This document shows positions 39,641 to 53,814 of a stretch of 64,000 nucleotides of DNA, one piece after another. The DNA lies in the NCBI RefSeq assembly GCF_022045235.1, contig NW_027266285.1, forward strand, positions 868,001-932,000, written 5' to 3'. The DNA comes from Haliotis cracherodii (Eukaryota). The notes beneath the pieces were generated by a model. It saw only the letters and a list, made by a program, of their open reading frames with translations. It was not told the origin of the DNA and ran no database searches. Within the stretch, counting starts at the first letter, position 1, and every line of letters begins with the position of its first letter. The position numbers and the translations under genes are program-made.

Positions 39641-40437
39641 AAGCTGTCAACTGCAGACGTTTTTGGATTTTAATGTCTTTTATATTTTTTTCTTATTCCA
39701 CTGAAACAAATGGAAAATCCATGATAACTACTTCTCCCAGGGAAATTCTCATAGTAACGCCACCCTGCTGAGAGAATACAGATACCAGTAATCTTGCAGC
39801 CATTAATCAGTTTCTGATTCAGTGTCACTGACCCTTTAGAACATGTTCCAGGCAGCTCTTGTGGTCAGTGGCTTCATCCTTGCACTCAATAGAACATATA
39901 ATTAGTGGAGGATATGAGAATTTCATGCTTGTTAAATTACTTACTTGTGCTATGTATTTGCACAAGTGGAAATATTGACCTTCCATTGAGAAATATATTG
40001 ACATGATGCAGATATAATAGTAAGATATAGTGAACATTGGCATAACCAATTGCCTACTGTCTTTTTCCCCTATCATCTTAACACTGTTGATTGTTTGTTA
40101 AATGAAATCTATTATCCATTTTACTATAGCAGGTGTAAATGTATTAGAAGTTAGATTTGTTTTAAGAAAACCCCATTTTAAACCTGAAAATATATCTGAC
40201 TCTATGGATATAATGAGTTTCAAGGTATGACTTAGTGAAGCAAGAAAGAGTTACAATAATACAGGCAGCATCCTTTGATAACATCACATGAAAATAATGT
40301 CCTATCTATCATGCTGGTTCGAGTCCCTTGATTATATGGATGGTCCTTGGTCTGTCCGCATCATACCCTTTTCTTTGGTCCTCACCAAGTGGTAAACGTC
40401 TGCAATGGTCATCACTTTGGTATTTCTTCCCACGTAC

Positions 40438-40590
40438 GTTTGTTTGTTTGTTTGTTTAATGCCGCACTTAGCAATATTCCAGCTTTTTGACAGCAGTCTG
40501 TAAAGAACGGAGTCTGGACCAGATAATCTAGTGAACATTGATCTGCACAGTTTTGATACAATGAAATGCATCTACCAAGTCCATCCAAGT
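40438..40590 (-). mobile_element. SINE family A 3' fragment
   Basis: gtttgtttgtttgtttaatgccgcacttagcaatattccagc...gagtctggaccaga. Confidence 0.8.
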
Positions 40591-42699
40591 GTCCCATCTC
40601 TTTGTGATTGTAGAGATGTATTGATAGTTTCCAAAGGTGTGTTCTGTTTGAGTTGCCCTCTCATAACATGTTATATTGTTCTTGTAGGCCTCCTTAATCA
40701 CCATGCCATGTTGTCGAACGGTGGGAGAGCGGATGAAGTCATGCTGGTCATCCGTTGTCTTCATGTTTCTGTGGCTGCTAGGAAAATCTCAGGTAGGTGT
40801 TTTCATTTTACGTTGTTTATCTTATTACAAGGGATATAGGTGGCCCAGTGTTGTTGATGCTGTGCAGAGTTACCTCCCTCACCTACCAGGATCTGCTGAT
40901 CTGCTAGTCATCGGAAGAATCCCAGAGGCTGACCTTTCACATTAATTAAGCTGACATGCTCTGATAAATAATGTAACATTGTTCAAAGCAGTGTTAACCC
41001 CAAGTCAATTCATTTGTCAACACATGATGAATTTATATAATGCAAGTATTAGTACAGATCGTCAAAGAGATTGGCCTTAATATGTAGGAATGTGCTGTTA
41101 CTAATCTAAAGGCTAACTCTTATTTTGATGGTTGATTCCTTGGAACAGGAAATTGCAGTGCTAACTCATGTACACTGTTTATAATATAGTGGTGCGCCTG
41201 GCTGGCAATTGGTTCTGTATGCAGGAACTCCCTGCTGCAATGGTTTGGAATGCTTCACACATGAAGTATACCACATGACTTGTCCTGTGTTTTGACCTGA
41301 GGGTTAATACTCCAAGTATGATCTAACTCTGTGTCTGTCTTTGAGATGTATTATATAATGATTACTGATTTTATAAAATCTGAATTTAAGTGATCAGAAA
41401 ACCATGCTCATTCTTATCTCAACTAATCATCTGTCTGTTTATATGATGTACCCCTGTATCTTTAACCCTTTTGTATTCTCAAGTAAGATCTCGTAAGTTA
41501 GTTTTATCAAGATAATGTTCATACATATGGTTTTTTTTAGATTTGATTATGTTTTTGTTTTAGTGATGAACTCATCAATATTCCAGATATGACAGTGGCC
41601 TGTCAATAACTGTTTCTGCACCAAACCAATCAGTGATTGGTATTATTAGCAATAATCCACACCACTGGGCACAATGACATGCAAACAGCCAAATCACCCA
41701 GCCTGACCATACAACCAACATAGGCTGATAGAGACCATCACTAACCCAGAATCTCTAAGATGATAGCTTTCTGGAGGAGGATATCAGTGATATTTTCCTT
41801 CTCAGAATATATGACCACAAAGCTATCTATCTTTCTATCTAGCTAGCTATCTCTGGTCTCTGTAAGTGCAGATGTTATGCCAGCTTTAGTCTTGTCCCAA
41901 GGAACAGGACCCAGCGTGCCATGTACATGTATGTTTATGCTGTAACAGCCAGAAGCAGTATTTCACTGAAAATGATAAACTGATCAATAAATGAAATTCT
42001 ATCTGATCACTTATTTTATCTTGTATGAGAATCATGTAGAAATTATTCATCATGTTGGGTGCACTTAGTGCGGCAGCATGATCCAGTGTTGGACCTTACA
42101 GGCAGGTAATTTATAGCAAGGTAATCTCTGAATTACAATAATTACACAGAGAAATATCATTATTTATGATGGGAATAATGCTGTCAGTCAGACAGGTTAG
42201 TCTCACGGATCTCTCATGCCAGTGTTGTTGATACTGGACATAAAATCAGTTGTCTTTGTTTCCTCATTACTGAAAGGTGTTTTCAGTAGAGGGCACAACA
42301 GAAGCTGATACATCTATTGTTTCAAATTTTATTTTCTGGCTTTTTTGTTTTTAGATATATTTATGTTTATGTAGAAACAAGGAACACCATAGAAAGGAAC
42401 TGGTAAATTGTTAGCTTACCACAACCATGAGGATTTTTTGTGCTTACTCACAACATAATGATGAGCTTTTGCTGTAAATAAACGTGACAAAATACATTTC
42501 ACCATAATCATAAGAAATCTCTACATAAAGCAATGTCTATACAATTGTACAATTCCAACTATTTCTTAAGCATGTGTTTATGAATCACTATCAAATAATG
42601 TTTGATGCAAGATCTTTGTGAAAAGGTGAGCATATTCTGCCACACTGGTGGAACCCATCTCAAACACATGCAAAGGCAAGTCAGTTATTCACCTGAGAT

Positions 42700-42970
42700 A
42701 ATATGGGAATATATGGTACAAGTAAAAAACTAGAGAATTGCATCAGACATAATTTTTGTCACAGTTGCATCATATTTGAAATTTTTCTCGATATGTTTAC
42801 CATAAAACATTCTGAAAGCTTTACTGAGGCCTTGAATATTGTAACCTTGATCAAACAACTTTTGAACAAGAATCAAATAACGATCTTTGAAATCTGTGTT
42901 GAAAGAGCATGCTCGATTGTGCCACAATAGTTGTGAAATGTAGACACCAAAGGCTGTTCCACTGATCATC
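42700..42970 (-). pseudogene. Penelope-like element RT thumb-domain fragment
   Basis: AFGVYISQLLWHNRACSFNTDFKDRYLILVQKLFDQGY matches the PLE pattern AYGVYISQLxRYxRACS...L..QGY. Confidence 0.75.
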
Positions 42971-43463
42971 AGTCACAAGAGTCCATATAAATATCCTTTG
43001 TCGATCATCCTATAATCTGTAGTAGAATATGTGTATGTCAAGTTGGTGTTTGTTTGTTGAAATCTTCTCCTGTTGCATCCTTTCAAGGCTATGTCACAAC
43101 GGATTGCTGGTATCAAAATAGTCATGGTGATGCCATCTTAGCAGGCTGATTTTGTACAGAAGTTTTTGTGAGGTGATAGATGTGCTAGCAACATGTTACC
43201 AGGTGAGCTACAATTCAGTTTCAGTATATAATTTATGATGCAAATTCGCATTTCATTCAGTATCAGGTAGAAGAACTTGTATCTTCAGTTCTAAAAGTAG
43301 GGTTGGGTAGCCCAGCCCATGTTCCCCTATCTGATACTTATGTATGGTACAAGCTTAGTAGTTTGGTATGATTCAACACATTTGGGTATTTCTTGTGTGC
43401 AAGGAATATCTTTGAAATTGTTGCAATACTGATCAAAGAGGACTATGTGCTTAGTGATGTTAA

Positions 43464-43883
43464 ACCTGTAAAGATTCGGGTTAGAATAGGTCTTCAGCAA
43501 CTCATGCTTGTCGTAAGAGGTGACTAACGGGATTGGGTGGTCAGGCTTGCTGACTTTGTCCAATGGTATGGATCGACTTAATTTCTAACACACTATTATA
43601 ATAATAATGATGATAGAGTATTTCTGACTATGATGAGTTAACAACATACATACACTCACTAGGGGGCACGGGTGGCCCCATCGTCTTAGCTGCCACCATT
43701 TGCTGTGCTGTGCTGTGCATCCCTCATGCATGCCCAACACCTATGATTGTGCATTTGAATCTCAATTGTGTTGATGGATGCTGATGATGTTAATCACGGG
43801 ATTGTCTGGTCCAGACTTGATTATTTACAGACTGCCATCATAAAGCTGGAATATTGCAGGGTTTGGCGTAAAACAACAAACAA
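43464..43883 (+). mobile_element. SINE family A copy split by other sequence, including a family D head at ~43661-43762
   Basis: Head 43464-43560; 3' part 43765-43883; middle matches the 5' part of 63322-63597. Confidence 0.7.
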
Positions 43884-44035
43884 AGTTATGTTAAGCGTGA
43901 ATACTTTTATAACACAGCATTTGACTGATACAGATCCTGGCCAGGGATGTCCAACTTCCAGCTGATCCTGTGTTATCGGTAGTGTACTACAGATAGCCAG
44001 GATATAGCTGCTGTGCTATAGTAACCAAGTTACTA

Positions 44036-45151
44036 CCGTATTTTCTTGAGTATAGTGCGCACTTTTTTTCGAAAAAACACAGCTGTGTAGAAGGGGGTGC
44101 GCATTATACACAAATTATGAGTTTGGATGGTTTTTTTCCCCCATGGAAAGACATTACCGTGAGCACGTAACACCGGAAATACCATGTCAACAAATCCATA
44201 CTGAAGTATGCAAAATAATCATGTAATTACACTGTCTGGCTATAAAAAGTGTTCTTTGTATATCTGGACTTATGTTTGTAACTTATTTCATTAATTTTAT
44301 TCAAAGTTCCTTGTAATATTGTTTTTATTAATTTCGGCGAAATTGTGTGTGAAGCAATCGGAAGATCGCACAACTCAGCGTTATTAACAGCAACCACGGT
44401 CAGAATACCGCTATTGACGCCTTGAAACAAACTTTAGTTGACAGAGAATGGATACATATATCATAAATGACATACTTTGACTCATTAAAAGTCATAAAAG
44501 TTTTTGTTTGACGATTCTATGTCAACATGAAATTCTCGCGATCACGCGCTCACGTGCGCGTGAGCCTTGACGGTGACTGGTCAGACTGGTTCCATGTAAA
44601 AAATAATACCCGGCAATAGCGATCTGCTGCTTCGCTTAGGGTTATTATTATTTTAAATATGTTTAGTAAAGGCTGCATATAATAAGGAAAATAATGGAAT
44701 ATATTATTCCTGATAAAAAAAAATAGTTTCAGATACAATTGTTGCCGATCCTTGCATTAAAAATCCTATAAAGTTATATCATTGGGTGTGTCTTGACCTA
44801 ATCACCGGTCGATTCCAAGAAAACGTGTGTACAGCTGATTGCTGTTTCCGGCTTAGTTTACGAGAAAATACACAAGGTAATCTTAATCCCTAGATATAAA
44901 ACAATGCCTAGCAGAACAATAAATACTATTTAAACGGTAAATAAACATGCCTGGTGATTTTTTATCTCAAATTTTGAATTTGTACTGGCGAAGTTTCTCA
45001 GCACCCGTTCGTTTGCCGGAAATCGCTGAAAGGGTACGGTGTAAATTTTTTCTGCGCATAATATTCAAATTTCTTTTTTTCCAAAATATTGAACCCGCTA
45101 GAGGGGGGTGCGCATTATACATGGGTGCACACTATACTCAAGAAAATACGG
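44036..45151. mobile_element. Non-autonomous Tc1/mariner-superfamily (pogo/Tc2-like) element
   Basis: TA|ccgtattttcttgagtatagtgcgcac ... gtgcacactatactcaagaaaatacgg|TA; subterminal ggggtgcgcattatac near both ends; no transposase. Confidence 0.88.
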
Positions 45152-48100
45152 TAAGTCAGCCAGATAAAATGGCAATTGCTGAAGAAAAATCCTTGTGAAA
45201 AAATCATTCATACATCATTTGTATCTGAAATATATCTTATGGTTGTAGAAATAGTGAGCATTATTCCTGACAATTGTCCAAAAGAATCTGGATTTTGTTA
45301 AAGATAAAGATAAAGATATCCCATGCTGGAAGATTGTGCACATTTGTTTCAAGTGGTTCCAGTATTGATGAAGATGACAGAGGTGCATGATGGAGGAAGA
45401 TGAGTGGTAGAGAAGCCTTACTCCAGGATGAAGTCTCTGGTGAGGCTGTCGTAACCCTGGAGATACAAGGCTTGAGATTGCTATCGGGTTGCAGATTTGC
45501 CTGAATTCGGACCACACTTAGACTTGCACAAGTCTGTAAGGCAGTAATTATTAACTTAAATCATAATTTCTAGATTGTGTGAATAATAAGAACAAGTTGT
45601 CCCTATAAGAGACTGGAATCCTTACCGTCCACATATCTAGACTTGCCTATTAGGAGGATAGAACTACTACTTATCTTTCAGTACTGCCTTGGAGTAAGGC
45701 TAGACCAGGCTCTGTGAGCGTGGTCACTGTGTTTACAGAAACAACTTTTCACCATGCCTTGGATGTGGAGTGAGCAAGGCAGTGGTTATTGTAGTCATAT
45801 CATGAGCAGCGATCAATAGACTGGTGTCTATATATACCCCCTTGTGTTTCCTCAGTGCCAAATTGCTTTGGATTGTTTTCTTCTCAAACTTTGACATGTA
45901 AAGAGTTAATGTATCTTTTCCCAATGGATGATTTTTTATGAAGAGCAAAATTTGTTATCTAACTGTGAAACATGCTGACTCCATTATTTTTGATATGGAG
46001 AAATAGAGTAGATTAGGGATAAGAGATTAGTTTCTCCAACACACACTCAAAGATATTCAAAATGTTTCAGATAACTTTGTAAATCATTTTGTTCAAATGG
46101 CCAATGCAAGTTTGTTCTGACATCATGATTTGTATTTGTATCAGTATATTGCAGAACTTGTGTCAGTTACACTCAATATTCTTTTTTCAGACATGTATCA
46201 ATACAGACTGAATCAGACTCTCTATTTTGACACTTATCTTTTCCAGCTTCCCAGTAATAAGATCATGTGTATGACTTAAAACACTTTTAAATGTTGTGAT
46301 GTACCCCATGGGACAAGTTCTGTTGATAAATGCATTTCAATATTTTTCCTTGTTTTCAAAAAGTTCTCTGAATAAGCCATCTCAGTTAATGTTTGTCAAA
46401 CTTTTCTCATCGCTCTTGCTGTTTAATGAAAGGGACTCACACTATTTTGATGAGCTATGAAGGTTTGTATTTTGAAGAATTAAAAAGTAGTAATTTTCAA
46501 ATTTTATACTTTTCAATTTTAGTTTTATTAGGTTGGTAAAAGTACAGAGAAATACATAACACAAAACAATTTTGTTACAAACACTAAATTAGGAGTGCAG
46601 GTACCCTTGTATTAAAGTAATCAATTTAACCTTGTCTCAATCCTATCATAATTTGAAAAATACAATGCAAATTAGATTTGCAGATGCTCATAATGGTGTC
46701 AAATTTGAATTTACATTTGTAGTTTTTATCATTTTAGAAGTTTTTGTACATAGTGTGATGATCTTATCAGATTCAGCAATGTGCCATCTCAGTCAGAAAC
46801 ACGCTGGTCAAGGAGAATGCTAAATCAGCATTTATTGTGAACAATCAGAAGTCCTTGTTACATAAGCGAGATGTTGAAATCTGGCAACAGTTACTGTCCT
46901 CGGTTGACCCTTTATCCTGCAGGGCAGAGGTCAGCTGGGTAATGTATTGCTGTTGCTCCAGGCTCATCAGCAGAAATGATTTGGAGGTGTCATATTCATG
47001 CCTGCTGCTTGCTACAAGATCCGCCTGTGCCACTGCTGCCCATCTGGACAAACAGTCCGGGGATTAGAACAGCACACCATGCAAGCTTCAATCTCCGCAA
47101 ATAGTCTGATTGGGGAAAGTTTTGGATCACAGTGACTTTGCCAAGATCAACTAGGTCATTCAATTATCAGTAATGTTACTTGTTGCCCGTTTCCACAACT
47201 GCATCCAGATTTAACCCTTCTGGAGTAGGAACAATATTATTTATTAATTTTCTGCTTTAGTCTGCCCTTCCGATAAAGAAATATAGAAATCTAGACATTT
47301 TAACTGAAAGCAAATCTTGTCAGAATTTGTAAATCTCAATTCATGTTTCCAGTATATGGATTTTGTCTGCCACCAAGCCCTGGTGCCAGAATACACAATC
47401 CCTCCCAGATGATAACTGAATCCATCTCATTCAGAAGTCTACATCTTTCAGTGGTACCCACTTGTCCTATGTTGATCCTTCCAGTTCTGCCTTCTTGAAT
47501 CTTCCAGACTGTATGGATATAGGGCCCTGGTGAATAATTCTTGATTAATGTGTCTTCTAACTGTCCATCACATTATGTAGAGCCCCCAAGTTGGTCAGAC
47601 TCGATGGTATTGATCAGGACATGGTCACTTTCTGCAAAGATTCTCCTTTTGTCCTCAAAGTGTTAGCCACTTTACCGTTGATAGTAAGGATGAACATGGA
47701 TATGATGAAACATCTCTAGATGCTACATGCTGAGTCTAGGAACCTACTGATTTATTCAACCTTATAAACCTGAGCATTGCAAAATTGTCTGCCTTAACCT
47801 AGTTGAGTAATGTAACACTGGGTTACACCATTGAATGTTGTATCATAAAATGTGCAATTTTGTATTAAGAGTGTAACTATTAAAAGTTAAGTTTCAAGAA
47901 CAAAAATTAAAATCCTTTAAAAATCCTTAATATTATTTAACTGTAAAATGCAGTTAGAATAAAACAGTAAAGATCTTAGTCAGAATGTACCAGTAGGGTT
48001 TATTTGATATTTGAAAATAGATCAATTTCTGTAGCAATTTAGATATGCACATGAAAGTACAGCAATGATTAGTGATATGATGCGATTCACTCTCCCAGAG

Positions 48101-48979
48101 TAAACATGATGCGGCTGATACTCCTATGTCCCTCAACTTGTTGCTTCTTCTGCAGTATTGATTGCGTGGGTTGGAACAGAAGAACTTGTCTCTTCAGAAG
48201 ATGAATGTCTTAAGGCCCCAAACCTTCCACAGTCATGTCTTAAGAATCGAGGATTTGTATAGCCTTGATTACATTTTGGATAATCCATTAAGTTGATTAA
48301 ATCTGGAAACTGAGATAAAAAAACATGTCCAAACATGTCAGTGTAGCATCTTGCTGGGCAGTCTATGCGTATGCTGTCATTTCGGCCCTTCTCTATACAT
48401 GATTTCCATGAGGAACCTGGAACAGAATGGGCCCTTGAAGACATCTAAGATGGAGCAGCTTGGGTGGATCTTTTTGTATTGGAGACCATTTCAAAATTCC
48501 GTCTTTTAGCTGTATCTTGTTGATAGTTATATATACCCTGTTGCTTCATTATGATAGGTAAAATTCACCCAATCATTCAAATGAATGTTAGTGTTCTTTT
48601 CTTTTTTAATGGTGATAGTCTACTTCAGGCAAAGCTAAAATAACAAAAACTGTTATCTGCTTACTCTAATGTGATCAATCAGCCAAGGATGTTATAATGT
48701 AAGATCCCAACTTGAGATATATTGTAAATTGTGATAATAGGGAACTTAAACAGGCTATCCAGTGGATTCCATCAGGTGAAATGGTGAGTCTCCAGGTAAG
48801 AGTCATAATAAATATAAAGTGCTTTTGCATTTTGTCTTTTCAGGGAGGGTCATGAAAACAATGTACAAGGACATGAGGAGGGTCAACCCAAAATATTACA
48901 ATCATTAGTGGAGGGTCAATATTTTCTGTTCATCAGTGCATCAAAAACCTACAGTAGTCTAGCTGACATTTTGCAACAG

Positions 48980-49235
48980 TGGTCTGGTGTCCACCTTGAG
49001 TTCAAGATACACTGAGCCTTGAGGGTATGAAATTGAAAGGGTTAACATATTGGTCTGGTGGTCACCCGGAATCCAAGACACACACTGAGCCTTGTGGGTA
49101 TGAAATTGAGAGGGTTAACATATTGGTCTGGTGGTCACCCCGAATCCAAGACAAACACTGAGGCATGTGGGTATGGAATTGAAAGGGTTAACATATGGCA
49201 ACAGTGGTCACCTTGAGTCCAAGACACACTGAACA
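48980..49235. repeat. ~72-bp tandem repeat x3.5
   Basis: tggtctggtg recurs at 48980, 49051, 49124. Confidence 0.85.
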
Positions 49236-50693
49236 CTCAGTTGTCAGGACATATTTACTGTATGGTTTGAAGTTGTATGTCAATAGAATGGAGAGAAGAT
49301 AAAGAATGTTATTAATCTTGGATGATTTATCTTTTGAACTAATCTTGTATTTGTTGTAATATCTTTAGACAGTGACTTATGGACATATGTAATAGTATAA
49401 TAGTACTATAATATATAAGGACTATAATGAAATAACTCGCTGCATATTGCCATGTACCAGTCATTCTAACATGTGGCTATTTAGTACGCCATGTATTGCA
49501 ATTTAGCAAACACAAAAACAATTCAATTACCTGACACCAAATAGAAGAACTATTCTTCTGCAATTAAAACCAACAGTAGCATCTGTTGATACAATTGTAT
49601 TTCAACAAATTATATTAATGCCATAATCTAATAATTATTTGCATTTATCAAATTAGGCAATTAAAAATCTCCATCAGCAAATTAAATCTTACAAATAAAA
49701 CCAATATTTGGACCAGTTGTTTCACTCTGCTTGAGGAACAGTGGCTTGAGTAAATATTGAGGAAGTGCAGCTGTAGGGCTGATTCCTTGATAGCCACAGA
49801 TTATGCTTTAGCCACAGACAAATTACACCAAGTCATATCCTGCTGACCTCATTGATAAGTCTTTTGTCTTTGACAGCAGGGAATCCATACTTGGGAGCAA
49901 GTTGTTTTTATTTAAACAGCACCATAATTTTATTCCATGATCTCTGTGGTCCATATACTTGGCAGTGTCAGGGTTATATAACAAGCTGTACCCATCATTT
50001 TGAGAGCCAATGATTATTGATTAGCAAACTACAAGCGGGCGTATTACCCCAGGATGGCTTGTTAGAAACGGTACGAGTTTTGTCCAACTTTGGCGTCGAT
50101 AACGTCCGAGGAGGCGAAAGAGGTGAAGGACTGCATCAACAAATACAAGCAATATTCTCACAATTTTCCAGCCTTGGATTCTGGCTTTATAGATGGACAC
50201 CAATGACGGCTTGGGACTGAGCTAATGGAATGCAGGATGATTGTATATAGACATAAATGTCAAACAGTTGTGAAAATGGATCCCATAGTGGCCAACTCAG
50301 CAAAATCTACGCTCGATAATAAATGACTGTTATGTATGATAAAGCACTTGAACTTGCAGCTTTGTATGCAAGTACTGAGTAGCCTGTGTCGTTTCTTCTG
50401 GACTCCTATTGCTTGCTTGCAGCTGACAAAAGTGATGAGAGGAGGCAAGGATTGAACTTTCTTCTTATACATGATTCCTCGCTTATAGTGTAATATCAGC
50501 TGAATATCTACAATAATGTTACACAGTTTGTGCTGCTTTCTCAAGGATGGTGGGATGTATGTGAAATCGATGCAGGTTTATTGCTGTGCCACTGTGCAAT
50601 AACTATGTATGTGTCAGTCTAGTTCCTCAGTTAACACCCTGACAAATGTTGGATAGTATGTATTGATGTAAATTGTCTGATTCTTGTAAATAG

Positions 50694-50873
50694 TTGTTGT
50701 TTCAAGGTATTAGTAAAATGTCGTACAGTGACATTCACACGGATGCAAGTGGCTATAGCCTGAAGAACATGGCAGCTTCCAGCATTTCGTCCATTTCGAC
50801 CAACGTGAAGGAAGGCGTGAAGGAAATTGCAAAGTTTCTCTATGTTCCATTCCAATGTTGCAAAAGGAAGCTG
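50694..50873 (+). CDS. Probable coding exon of an unidentified host gene (LFQGISKMSYSDIHTDASGYSLKNMAASSISSISTNVKEGVKEIAKFLYVPFQCCKRKL)
   Basis: AG at 50692-50693, GTAAGT at 50874, 180 nt open and phase 0/0, non-repetitive, in-frame ATG at 50718. Confidence 0.5.
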
Positions 50874-51480
50874 GTAAGTTGTTCATCATGACTTGAAATG
50901 TCTGTCACTGTTAAATAGTGTCTGAATCTGGTCAAGATATTTTAATAATCACGAGAGTTGTGTTGATGTCGGAGAACTGCAGTGAACAGTGATAGTATGT
51001 TTTATATAAAGCAGTGTGGGACTTCATTTTCAAGAAAATAGAACATAGCCTTATAAACAAACACCTATTTTTTGTCTTCCGATGCGGGCATAAACTTCAG
51101 CCTCTTGATACATGTGCTTCACTTGAAATTTAAGAGTGATAAAAACTGTCACCTTGTACAAGTGGATTGTCTGGTTTAAGTATGCTATAAACATGCTGTA
51201 AATCTATATCCAGAGTATATAAAGTCTCATTGGAAAAAAGCCTCTATAAATTTTGTAGAATTATAGTCCACTGTGCAATAATGATGTATATGTCAGTCAC
51301 CATGAGTGAATGCTTGTTACAGACAACCAAATGAGGATTGGGTGACACATGTCACTGCAGATGATTGCCTTTTGAATGTATGGCCACCTGGGAACCCACA
51401 TGTCAGCATTTGTGTGACATCAGACTTACATTATCGTCATCACTACTTGCAATGTTCTACCTGGTTGCCAGCATGCTCTA

Positions 51481-52940
51481 GACCTGATGTCAGTTGCTTG
51501 GTGTAGCCAAGACCTGATGGCAGTTTCTTAGTGTAGCCAAGTCCTGATGTCAGTTTCTTAGTGTAGCCAAGACCTGATGTCAGTTTCTTAGTGTAGCCAA
51601 GTCCTGATGGCAGTTTCTTAGTGTAGCCAAGACCTGATGTCAGTTTCTTAGTGTAGCCAAGTCCTGATGGCAGTTGCTTGGTATAGCCAAGACCTGATGT
51701 CAGTTTCCTAGTGTAGCCAAGACCTGATGTCAGTTTCTTAGTGTAGCCAAGTCCTGGTGTCAGTTTCTTAGTGTAGCCAAGTCCTGATGTCAGTTTCTTA
51801 GTGTAGCCAAGACCTGATGTCAGTTTCTTAGTGTAGCCAAGTCCTGATGGCAGTTGCTTGGTATAGCCAAGACCTGATGTCAGTTTCCTAGTGTAGCCAA
51901 GACCTGATGTCAGTTTCTTAGTGTAGCCAAGTCCTGGTGTCAGTTTCTTAGTGTAGCCAAGTCCTGATGGCAGTTTCTTAGTGTAGCAAAGTCCTGATGG
52001 CAGTTTCTTAGTGTAGCCAAGTCCTGATGGCAGTTTCTTAGTGTAGCCAAGACCTGATGTCAGTTGCTTGGTGTAGCCAAGACCTGATGGCAGCTTCTTA
52101 GTGTAGGCAAGTCCTGGTGTCAGTTTCTTAGTGTAGCCAAGTCCTGATGGCAGTTTCTTAGTGTAGCCAAGACCTGATGGCAGTTGCTTGGTGTAGCCAA
52201 GACCTGATGGCAGTTTCTTAGTGTAGCCAAGTCCTGATGGCAGTTTCTTAGTGTAGCCAAGACCTGATGGCAGTTTCTTAGTGTAGCCAAGTCCTGGTGT
52301 CAGTTTCTTAGTGTAGCCAAGTCCTGATGGCAGTTTCTTAGTGTAGCAAAGTCCTGATGGCAGTTTCTTAGTGTAGCCAAGTCCTGATGGCAGTTTCTTA
52401 GTGTAGCCAAGACCTGATGTCAGTTGCTTGGTGTAGCCAAGACCTGATGGCAGCTTCTTAGTGTAGGCAAGTCCTGGTGTCAGTTTCTTAGTGTAGCCAA
52501 GTCCTGATGGCAGTTTCTTAGTGTAGCCAAGACCTGATGGCAGTTGCTTGGTGTAGCCAAGACCTGATGGCAGTTTCTTAGTGTAGCCAAGTCCTGATGG
52601 CAGTTTCTTAGTGTAGCCAAGACCTGATGGCAGTTTCTTAGTGTAGCCAAGTCCTGATGGCAGTTTCTTAGTGTAGCCAAGTCCTGATGACAGTTTCTTA
52701 GTGTAGCCAAGACCTGATGGCAGTTGCTTGGTGTAGCCAAGTCCTGATGGCAGTTTCTCAGTGTAGCCAAGACCTGATGGCAGTTTCTTAGTGTAGCCAA
52801 GACCTGATGGCAGCTTCTTAGTGTAGCCAAGTCCTGATGTCAGTTTCTTAGTGTAGCCAAGACCTGATGGCAGCTTCTTAGTGTAGCCAAGACCTGATGG
52901 CAGTTGCTTGATGTAGCCAAGACCTGATGGCAGTTGCTTG
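51481..52940. repeat. 30-bp minisatellite, about 48 copies, with higher-order duplications
   Basis: g(a/t)cctgatg(g/t)cagtttcttagtgtagccaa in exact 30-nt register. Confidence 0.97.
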
Positions 52941-53814
52941 GCCACACCAGACAAGCAACTGTCATCAGTTATGGGCAAGCCCATGTAGCCACCATCAGGT
53001 CTTCGTACTGCCCAGATCTGATGTTAATTGCTGAGTGTGGCACAGACCTGACAGCAGGTGCCTGGTGAGGATGAGATGTGCGGGCGTGTGAGGGAGGGGT
53101 GGGGGGGGGGAGTGAGAGAGAGAATGAAGGAACTGTTTTCTATCATTCTTCTAAAAAACAAAACAACACTGACATACATCCATTAGTGTGTTATTGATGA
53201 TCATAAAACACTTGTGCAATTGAGAAATCCCGATCTAAAATTGATTGCCAGTTGTTTCTGTCACATGAAAAGGATGCATGATATGAAATAAGTAGTACTT
53301 GAATAATTGAGCTTATGACAACACAGTGCATCGTGGATCTTTAACAGGAACAATATGTCTGTCACAAACATCTGAAGCCAGGATGTAGTGTTTAACATTA
53401 AGAAGACACAAGATTCATCAAAGGTGGAATTATTGAACAACCTAAAGTAAGCTTTGATTGTGCTTGTTAGAGGTGCTGGTTATTACTGATATACCACAAT
53501 TTGAAATGCTAAAGAATATGTATCACAGTATGTTTTGAAAATACCGGTATTTTGAGTTTCAAAATCATGAATATTTTCATGTTGTTGCCAAAGTTTACCT
53601 AAATGACAGGTCAAAAATGTGCGGGAGAAGTCTTAAGTGATCAGAAAATTGCAGATTCAAGTATGCAGAAGCTTTTACTCGCAAGTGATATATGCAGGGG
53701 GGAACGACACTTTTTGCTATGCAGGTTCATAAAAAATTACAGATGAAAGAACTGCAGAATAAATTGCAACACGAAAGTCAGGCCAATACCCATCACAAGT
53801 GCTTGAATTGGAGA

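Noticed and set aside
45200-48530. Host exons among ORFs at 45.2-48.5 kb
   Set aside because: No clean splice boundaries; they look like highly degraded LINE ORF1-type debris but are too decayed to call
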